This document shows, piece by piece, positions 57,298 to 64,000 of a stretch of 64,000 nucleotides of DNA; the first letter of the stretch is position 1, and every line of letters starts with the position of its first letter. The DNA is from Spirochaetia bacterium (GTDB taxonomy: Bacteria > Spirochaetota > Spirochaetia > UBA9216). The stretch covers positions 1,888,001 to 1,952,000 of the forward strand of contig CAXXYH010000004.1 in NCBI GenBank assembly GCA_963677925.2. The letters are read 5' to 3'. The notes under the pieces were generated by a model that saw nothing but the letters and a program-made list of their open reading frames with translations, made no database searches and was not told the origin of the DNA. The translations under genes and the position numbers were made by a program.

Positions 57298-59091
57298 ATG
57301 ACTGGAAATGAACTTCGAACCAAATATTTAGAATTCTTTAAATCAAAGAACCATAAGGAAATATCGGGAAAATCACTGATACCGGAAAACGATCCGACAG
57401 TGCTTTTCACAACCGCCGGAATGCATCCGCTGGTGCCTTATATTCTCGGTGAAACACACCCGGCAGGCACAAGACTGGTAAACTTTCAGAAATGTATCAG
57501 AACTGGTGATATCGATGCTGTCGGCGATCCCCATCATCTTACATTCTTCGAAATGCTGGGAAACTGGTCGCTAGGCGACTACTTCAAGGAAGAAGCAATA
57601 CGCATGAGCTATGAATTTCTTACAAGCTCCGATTGGCTGGGGATTGATGTAGATAAACTCTCGGTAACCGTATTTGCAGGTGATGAAACGGTTGAACGTG
57701 ATGATACATCAGCAAATGTATGGCGTGAACTGGGAATTCCCGAGGACCGAATATATTTCCTCCCACGTGAAGATAACTGGTGGGGGCCTGCCGGCCAGAC
57801 CGGTCCCTGCGGACCTGATTCCGAGATGTTCATTGATACCGGCCGTGATTCCTGCGGAGACGACTGCCGCCCGGGATGTTCCTGCGGAAAGTATTTTGAA
57901 ATCTGGAACGATGTTTTCATGCAGTACAACAAGCAGGAAGACGGAAGCTATGTCCAGATGAGCAGACAGTGTGTGGATACCGGCATGGGTATTGAGCGAA
58001 CCTCAGCTATTCTGCAGGGCAAGAAATCAGTATACGAAACCGAAACATTTACACCGCTCATTGCTGCTGTAGAAAATGTTTCCGGTAAAAAATACGGTAA
58101 AGATGAGGATACTGATGTTTCAATCAGGATCATCACAGACCATGTAAAGACTTCGACCATGATTCTCGGAGATGATCGCGGTATTGCTCCTTCAAATGTA
58201 GGGCAGGGGTATATCCTCCGCAGGCTCATCCGCCGGGCAATGAGACATGGACGTAAACTCGGTATAGACGGAACTTTCCTTACCGCTATTGCGGCGATGG
58301 TTATCGATACCTATAAGGGCATTTATCCTGAACTCGAGAGAAACAATGACTTCATTCTCAGAGAAATGAAGGATGAAGAAGAAAAATTTCTTAAAACCCT
58401 CCAGAAGGGCGAGCAGGAGTTTGAAAAGCTTCTTCCGAACCTGATGAAGAGCTCTAAACGGATTATTCCCGGCCGTCTGGCATTCAAGCTTTATGATACC
58501 TACGGTTTCCCGGTAGAAATTACCGAGGAGCTTGCGGCTGAACATGAGTTTACCGTTGATCGTGAAGGGTTTGACGCTGCTTTCAAAAAGCATCAGGAAC
58601 TCTCCAAGCAGGGCGCCGAGAAGTCTTTCAAGGGAGGGCTTTCTGACCATTCAGAGCTGACCACTGCTCTTCACACTGCAACCCACCTTCTGCACAAGGC
58701 TCTAAGGACCGTTCTCGGTGAGCACGTACAGCAGAAAGGCAGTAACATTACAAGTGAGAGACTCCGCTTTGACTTCAGTCATCCTGAAAAGATGAGTCCT
58801 GAAGAGATTCAGAAGGTTGAAGACATGGTTAATGAGCAGATTAAACGTGATCTGCCTGTCAGTATGGAAATTATGGATCTTGAGAAGGCAAAGAACGAAG
58901 GTGCTATAGCGTTCTTCGGTGACAAGTACGAGGAAAAGGTCAAGGTGTACACTATTGGAGATTATTCCAAGGAAGTATGCGGAGGCCCCCACGTAGAACA
59001 TACCGGCAGTATGGGCCATTTTAAAATACAGAAAGAACAGTCCTCGTCATCAGGAGTGCGGAGAATCCGGGCGGTTCTTGAGCAGGGCTGA
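57298..59091 (+). CDS. alaS: Alanyl-tRNA synthetase (short form without C-Ala domain)
   Basis: DPTVLFTTAGM, HLTFFEMLGNWS, GPCGPDSE, DTGMGIER, GYILRRLIRR, HTATH, CGGPH, GVRRI. Confidence 0.97.
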   Translation: MTGNELRTKYLEFFKSKNHKEISGKSLIPENDPTVLFTTAGMHPLVPYILGETHPAGTRLVNFQKCIRTGDIDAVGDPHHLTFFEMLGNWSLGDYFKEEAIRMSYEFLTSSDWLGIDVDKLSVTVFAGDETVERDDTSANVWRELGIPEDRIYFLPREDNWWGPAGQTGPCGPDSEMFIDTGRDSCGDDCRPGCSCGKYFEIWNDVFMQYNKQEDGSYVQMSRQCVDTGMGIERTSAILQGKKSVYETETFTPLIAAVENVSGKKYGKDEDTDVSIRIITDHVKTSTMILGDDRGIAPSNVGQGYILRRLIRRAMRHGRKLGIDGTFLTAIAAMVIDTYKGIYPELERNNDFILREMKDEEEKFLKTLQKGEQEFEKLLPNLMKSSKRIIPGRLAFKLYDTYGFPVEITEELAAEHEFTVDREGFDAAFKKHQELSKQGAEKSFKGGLSDHSELTTALHTATHLLHKALRTVLGEHVQQKGSNITSERLRFDFSHPEKMSPEEIQKVEDMVNEQIKRDLPVSMEIMDLEKAKNEGAIAFFGDKYEEKVKVYTIGDYSKEVCGGPHVEHTGSMGHFKIQKEQSSSSGVRRIRAVLEQG

Positions 59092-59108
59092 ACTTTAAAC
59101 TGATACTG

Positions 59109-59140
59109 AAAAAGGCTGATTTAACAATCAGCCTTTTTTT
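59109..59140. terminator. Bidirectional intrinsic terminator (alaS/rlmN)
   Basis: AAAAAGGCTGAT / ATCAGCCTTTTTTT. Confidence 0.8.
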
Positions 59141-59174
59141 TAATCTTATCCCTGCAGGTGAATGTTTGTAGTGT

Positions 59175-60191
59175 TCATGTCGCAAGCTGACCGCAGGCGG
59201 CATTGAGTCCCCGTCCCCGGCGGTATCTTCTGGTAACAGGGATGCCGGCTTTTTCCAGTACAGCACAGAATGCTTCAATTGATTTCTCATCAGGCTCTGA
59301 AAAATCGATATCATCAGCCCTGTTCCAGGGAATTACGTTTACTATGGCATTGAGTCCCGATACCCAGCGGGTAATTACTGCTGCATCCGCAACAGAGTCG
59401 TTGATACCGCCCATTATTGCACATTCAAGGGTCAGCCTCTTTCCTGATGCCTGCTGAAATACCATCAGCGCCTCTTTAAGCTCATCCAGGCTGTTTCCTG
59501 CGGTTACAGGCATCAGAGACAGTCTTTTCTGCGGATCAGCGCTTACAAGTGATACTGCAAGCCTCAGAGCCGGCAGTTCAGCTGCAAGATTCTTTATTCC
59601 TGCTGCTATGCCGCAGGTTGAAACTGTTATCCGCCGCGGACTGAGCCCCGGCAGTCCCTTCCTGGTAAATAGTGCCACCGACTTTTTAAATTCGCCGTAG
59701 TTATTAAGCGGTTCGCCCATCCCCATGTAGACTATATTGCTGATATCACCATAACTGTTTTTCAGGTGAAGAAACTGCTCGATTATTTCTTCAGAATGAA
59801 GGTTGCGTTTCAGGCCCATCAGCGCAGTGCGGCAGAATTTACAGCCCATAGCACAGCCGACCTGGGAAGACAGGCAGGCAGTCTTTCTTCCTGTCTCATC
59901 TGTAAGCAGCACGGTCTCAATTCTTGCACCGTCGTAGAGCTCTATCAGAAGTTTTACTGTATTGTCATTGTCTTCATGCTTTTCGAGAATTTTTGAGGAA
60001 TACAGTGAAAGTCTGTCGTCAAGATCGGATCTAAGTCCGGCAGGCAGGTTGGTCATCTCGGTAAATGTCTGAGCGCCCTTCCAAATCCATTCAAATATCT
60101 GACGGCCTCTGTAGGCAGGGCCGCCTCCGGTTATTCTGCTTATCTGCTCCGGCATACTGCCGGCAGCAGAATTAAATTCAAATTCTGTCAT
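59175..60191 (-). CDS. rlmN: 23S rRNA (A2503-C2) methyltransferase
   Basis: CLSSQVGCAMGCKFC radical SAM motif, MGMGEP, AACGQL. Confidence 0.95.
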   Translation of the reverse strand: MTEFEFNSAAGSMPEQISRITGGGPAYRGRQIFEWIWKGAQTFTEMTNLPAGLRSDLDDRLSLYSSKILEKHEDNDNTVKLLIELYDGARIETVLLTDETGRKTACLSSQVGCAMGCKFCRTALMGLKRNLHSEEIIEQFLHLKNSYGDISNIVYMGMGEPLNNYGEFKKSVALFTRKGLPGLSPRRITVSTCGIAAGIKNLAAELPALRLAVSLVSADPQKRLSLMPVTAGNSLDELKEALMVFQQASGKRLTLECAIMGGINDSVADAAVITRWVSGLNAIVNVIPWNRADDIDFSEPDEKSIEAFCAVLEKAGIPVTRRYRRGRGLNAACGQLAT

Positions 60192-60196
60192 TCAGA

Positions 60197-61372
60197 TCAG
60201 AAATTACCGCCTCTGAGCCTGTCGAGAAGATTGGAAACAAAGGCGTTTCTCAGGCCGAGTTTCTGAAATTCAGCAAGGGTTTCAATAGCCTTGTTCTTGT
60301 CTCCAAGATGCATATAGCATTCGGCAATTTCAGTATAAAGCCGGTGGTTTTTCGGATCATTTTTAAGAAGGCCTCGCAGACTTTCTATAGCATTCTCGTA
60401 GTTGCCTCGAAGCTTGTTAATAAGAGCAAGTCCTAAAATAGCATATACATCGAACTCTATATTCAGAGCACGGCTGTAGTAGTCTTCTGCAAGATCGAAC
60501 TCTTCAAGATTTCGATAGGCATCTCCGGCTCTGGTCAGGATAACCTTGTTTTCCGGGTCTTTCTTAAGAATCTTGTCCCAGTATTCAAGTGATTTTGCAT
60601 GGGCATTCATACCGCGGTAGCAGTCGGCCATTCCGAAAAGGGCATAGAAGTTATTGGGTTCAAGTTCCAGCGCCTTGTCAAAATACTGGGTTCCCTTTTC
60701 AAAGGTTCTCAGTTTTCTGTGACAGTTACCAAGAGAAGTCAGTACTCTTATATCAACATTATCCTTGTTGATTTCGTACATTCTCTCCCAGTATTTCAGA
60801 GCATCACGGTATTCTCTGAAATCATAGTGCAGGTGCCCCAGGCCGATAAGTGCATAGGCGTTATTTTCTTCCATTTCAAGAACTTTAAGATAGATTTCTC
60901 TGGATTTCTTGAAATCCCTTACCTTTCGGTAGGCATCTGCGACTCTGGTTAATACTGTTATATTTGAATCATCGTGCTGAAGATATTCTTCCCAGATTTT
61001 AATAGCCTGATTGTATTTGTTAAGGGCTTTGTAGCAGTCAGCAAGACCGAATAATGCATAATTGTTTCCTGGATGGTTATCAAGACATTTCTGGTAGTAT
61101 ACTATTGCCTGCCTGAAATCACTTTTCTTTCTGGCTGAATCTCCAAGACCTACAAGCGCGTAGTTGTTAAGCTCATCCTTATCAAGAATCTGATAAAAAC
61201 AATCCTCCGCTTCCTCAATCAGGTTTTCCTTAAGAAGCTGGTAACCTCTTTTGGAAAGTTCCGAAATTTCATTTAGAATTTCATTTTCCGGATCATTGGT
61301 TTCTGTGAAATTCTCCTCCATGAAATCAGGTTCATTTGATAGTGCTGACATCTTACCATCCTTATTATTCAA
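60197..61372 (-). CDS. Tetratricopeptide-repeat protein
   Basis: Multiple TPRs (NNYALVGLGD, NNYALFGLADCY, NFYALFGMADCY). Confidence 0.88.
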   Translation of the reverse strand: MNNKDGKMSALSNEPDFMEENFTETNDPENEILNEISELSKRGYQLLKENLIEEAEDCFYQILDKDELNNYALVGLGDSARKKSDFRQAIVYYQKCLDNHPGNNYALFGLADCYKALNKYNQAIKIWEEYLQHDDSNITVLTRVADAYRKVRDFKKSREIYLKVLEMEENNAYALIGLGHLHYDFREYRDALKYWERMYEINKDNVDIRVLTSLGNCHRKLRTFEKGTQYFDKALELEPNNFYALFGMADCYRGMNAHAKSLEYWDKILKKDPENKVILTRAGDAYRNLEEFDLAEDYYSRALNIEFDVYAILGLALINKLRGNYENAIESLRGLLKNDPKNHRLYTEIAECYMHLGDKNKAIETLAEFQKLGLRNAFVSNLLDRLRGGNF

Positions 61373-61713
61373 TAATCATCTTTAATCCATTTTTTTAAAG
61401 CATTGGCAACTTCTCTGGTGCATTTTTCAACCTTGTCAGGAGCCGGTGCTAGCCAGTACATCCGGAGTGCTTCAAGATGGTCCTTTTTTTCATAGTACCA
61501 GTCACCGATCCTGATCAAACCATCTGAATATCCGGTGGTTATAAATACTCGCTTTGCCTTCTCAAATTCACCGCTGTTAAAAAAATCGTTGCCTTTTCTG
61601 ATCAGTGCAGCTTTCTGTTCGCTGGTAATCGCTATTGGATCATCTTTGGTGAGTTTTAAAAAACCCTCTTGCGGTATATTTTTCAATATACGTTCAAAAT
61701 TACCCGGCATCAA
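61369..61713 (-). CDS. Hypothetical protein (TPR-like helices)
   Basis: LIRKGNDFFN..AKRVFITTGYSDGLIRIGD; stop overlaps the TPR gene start. Confidence 0.72.
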   Translation of the reverse strand: MMPGNFERILKNIPQEGFLKLTKDDPIAITSEQKAALIRKGNDFFNSGEFEKAKRVFITTGYSDGLIRIGDWYYEKKDHLEALRMYWLAPAPDKVEKCTREVANALKKWIKDDY

Positions 61714-61767
61714 TTTAAACTATAGTAAATATTCAATATAAAATCAACAATTAACTATAATCGGCTA

Positions 61768-62364
61768 CTATTTTGATAAGGTACCTTTAGTGGAAAGTTC
61801 CTCGCCGCTTCCTGACAGGGCGTAAGCATGCCCAAGTGCTTTTCCAAGTGCCTTGAACAGGGCTTCGGCCATGTGATGTCCATTTTCACCGTATCGGCAT
61901 TCCGCATGCAGGTTAAGTCCTGCTCTGTCCGAAAATGCCTTCATGAATTCTTTAACAAGACTGAGATCAAAGCTCCCTGCCAGCTGCTGCGGATACTCTG
62001 CCCTGTAAACAAGGTAGGGACGGCCGCAGGCATCAACTGTTACTTCAGAGAGCGAATCATCCATCGGAACAATAAAATGTCCGAACCGGCTTAAGGGGCC
62101 GCCTTTTTCCGCCGCCTGGCGAAAGGCGTCACCAAGAACAAGTCCGGTGTCCTCAACAAGGTGGTGAGGATCGACATCAATATCACCGACAGCTTCTATT
62201 TTCAGAAAAAAACCGCCGTGATAGGACATTGAGTAAAGAATATGGTCAAAAAACGGTACACCGGTACTTATTTCAGGTTTAGTTCCCTTTAAATCAAGAT
62301 CAACAGTTAGTTTGATATCTGTTTCTTTGGTTTTTCTTATTACTTCCGCTTTTCTTCCAGCCAT
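61768..62364 (-). CDS. hisB: Imidazoleglycerol-phosphate dehydratase
   Basis: R.TKETDI, TGVPFFDH, DPHHLVED, PMDD, NGHHMAEALFKA, STKG. Confidence 0.96.
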   Translation of the reverse strand: MAGRKAEVIRKTKETDIKLTVDLDLKGTKPEISTGVPFFDHILYSMSYHGGFFLKIEAVGDIDVDPHHLVEDTGLVLGDAFRQAAEKGGPLSRFGHFIVPMDDSLSEVTVDACGRPYLVYRAEYPQQLAGSFDLSLVKEFMKAFSDRAGLNLHAECRYGENGHHMAEALFKALGKALGHAYALSGSGEELSTKGTLSK

Positions 62365-62993
62365 CGAGCTTCCCCTTTGATAATATCATCGACAAATTTG
62401 TTTATCCGCTTATAGTTAAGTTTGTAATAAGCAGGATTTGCAATAAGATGAACACTGATAGGGGCAAGCTCCCTGATAACCTCAAGATTATTAGCTTTAA
62501 GAGTGTTACCTGTTTCAACAAGGTCCACTATATACGGAGCAAGACCTAAGACAGGACCCAGTTCTACAGAACCGTTGAGTTTTATTACCTGTACCGGTTT
62601 GCCGGCTTTGTGATAGTAGTCACTTGTGAATTTTGTGAATTTTGTTGCAACTTTCAGCGAGGCTTCATTCCCTGAACTATGGTTATCCTTCAGTCCCGCA
62701 AGGCACATCTTTGTTCCGCCGAAGGAGAAGGTGTGGAGTTTGTAAAAATCATGACCCGATTCGTAGATGACATCCGAACCGCAGATTCCGAGTCCTGCAA
62801 TACCGTGGTTAACATAGGTAGGGAGATCCGAGTTTTTTACAAGGAAAAATCTGAGATTTCCATCTTTGTCATCGGCAACAAGCTTTCTGTTGTCAAAAGA
62901 AAAATTGATGCCCATAGTGGCAAGCATTTCCTGTGTCTGTTCCATAAGTCTGCCTTTAGGCAGTGCAAAAAGTAATGGCTGGTTAGTGTTCAT
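62340..62993 (-). CDS. hisG: ATP phosphoribosyltransferase, short form
   Basis: ALPKGRL, VATKF, LNGSVEL, IVDLVETGNTLKANNL. Confidence 0.95.
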   Translation of the reverse strand: MNTNQPLLFALPKGRLMEQTQEMLATMGINFSFDNRKLVADDKDGNLRFFLVKNSDLPTYVNHGIAGLGICGSDVIYESGHDFYKLHTFSFGGTKMCLAGLKDNHSSGNEASLKVATKFTKFTSDYYHKAGKPVQVIKLNGSVELGPVLGLAPYIVDLVETGNTLKANNLEVIRELAPISVHLIANPAYYKLNYKRINKFVDDIIKGEARWLEEKRK

Positions 62994-64000
62994 ATTACTG
63001 CTATTTTCCCCTCTTTCCGGAGTTCAAGCGCCTTTTTGAAGGCTTCCATAACGTTTTCATCATCCGCGACAAAGATATCTGCCGGCGGTGCAAAGCGTTT
63101 TCTGTTTCCTATACCGGGTTCTATCTTTCTCTGAAGCATCGAAAATCCTACCGACGGGGCGTTGATTCCGAAGTTCAGGAGCAGATTATCATATCTACCT
63201 CCGGAAATAACTGCAGAGTCAACTTCATCCATATAAACCTGAAACACGATGCCGGTATGGTATGCCTGGTTTCCTATCTCTGAGAGATCCAGAGTGAAAA
63301 GATCAGTAAAGCCGGCGTTTTCAAGCGATGAAACAAGGCTGTTCAGGTATTTGAGTTCGTCAGAGATATCGATATGAAAGCTGTCTTCATTTTCATTAAT
63401 GAACTCAGTGAACTCTTTGACGCCGCCGATGAAGCCGAAAAGTTTTGCAATCTTTTTGCTTCCGTATTCTCCGGTTTCTTCACCTGTAATTTCTGCAACC
63501 TTTTCAAAATCGCGCAGGCTGATGGCTTTTTGAAGACCGAGTCTCTTTTTTTCGGAAAATCCGGCAAACATCAGATTGAACAGGGCATGTGAACCCAGAT
63601 GAACCCTGACAGGTATTTCTAGCAGTTTCACAGTTTCTGCAAGAAGCAGGAGTATCTCCATATCTCCGCGGAAACCGCCTCTGCCGATCAGCTCTACGCC
63701 GGTCTGGTAAAACTCGTTATGCGAGATGTCTTCTGAATCCTGATGCCTGAGTATGCTGTCTGAGTAGCAGACTCTGACAGGCAGATCCTCCTCTGACAGG
63801 ATGAGCCCCATCTGTCTTGCAAGAAAAAGTGTGACATCCGAACGGAGCATAAGAAGATCCCCGTCCCGGTCTATCAGTCTGTAAATCCTTTCATCATCTC
63901 CGGAGGGAATGAGTTCCCTGTAGACATCATAAAGATCGAAAACCGGGGTTTCTACCGGCAGATAGCCCCAGGCATTATACAGGTTCTGGAGGGTTTCTGT
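62990..64000 (-). CDS. hisZ: ATP phosphoribosyltransferase regulatory subunit (5' end beyond window)
   Basis: Frame stays open to the window end (WGYLPVETPVFD...LRSDVT); EFYQTGVELIG, YHTG, GGRYD; coupled to short hisG. Confidence 0.9.
   Translation of the reverse strand, partial: TETLQNLYNAWGYLPVETPVFDLYDVYRELIPSGDDERIYRLIDRDGDLLMLRSDVTLFLARQMGLILSEEDLPVRVCYSDSILRHQDSEDISHNEFYQTGVELIGRGGFRGDMEILLLLAETVKLLEIPVRVHLGSHALFNLMFAGFSEKKRLGLQKAISLRDFEKVAEITGEETGEYGSKKIAKLFGFIGGVKEFTEFINENEDSFHIDISDELKYLNSLVSSLENAGFTDLFTLDLSEIGNQAYHTGIVFQVYMDEVDSAVISGGRYDNLLLNFGINAPSVGFSMLQRKIEPGIGNRKRFAPPADIFVADDENVMEAFKKALELRKEGKIAVI

Noticed and set aside
57298-59091. Unusually short AlaRS (597 aa, no C-Ala domain)
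   Set aside because: Short AlaRS of about this size is already known in spirochaetes; the ORF ends cleanly before a terminator and is not a pseudogene.

Overview
A 64 kb chromosomal window, most likely from a free-living anaerobic spirochaete (Spirochaetaceae-like). The evidence is the short 597-aa AlaRS, a second FliG paralog, FapA/PilZ proteins and a 'FANGxxE'-type signal peptide; the taxonomy is inferred, not searched. Housekeeping genes are tyrS (3' end), rsgA, tRNA-Phe(GAA), dtd, alaS, rlmN and hisZ-hisG-hisB. Accessory modules lie between them: (i) an HTH-HNH nuclease-like gene; (ii) a LysR / old-yellow-enzyme / Dpp-type ABC catabolic unit; (iii) a yybP-ykoY (Mn2+) riboswitch ahead of a CaCA antiporter; (iv) a TM1266-like regulator plus a NitT/TauT ABC transporter behind a structured leader that looks like a translational switch; (v) an RNHCP-rsgA operon behind a 17-codon leader peptide; (vi) a GT2 / ATP-grasp / ABC / ArnT-like envelope-modification cluster next to tRNA-Phe; (vii) a sulfur-relay operon (split YeeE, TusA, TrxR-thioredoxin fusion, two exported rhodaneses); and (viii) a c-di-GMP/motility neighbourhood (GGDEF-EAL, FliG, stand-alone MshEN-like protein, PilZ pair). 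Many genes appear leaderless. I saw no CRISPR array, rRNA, integrase or transposase. All family calls come from motif recognition by eye, and RNA structures were paired by eye, not folded computationally.
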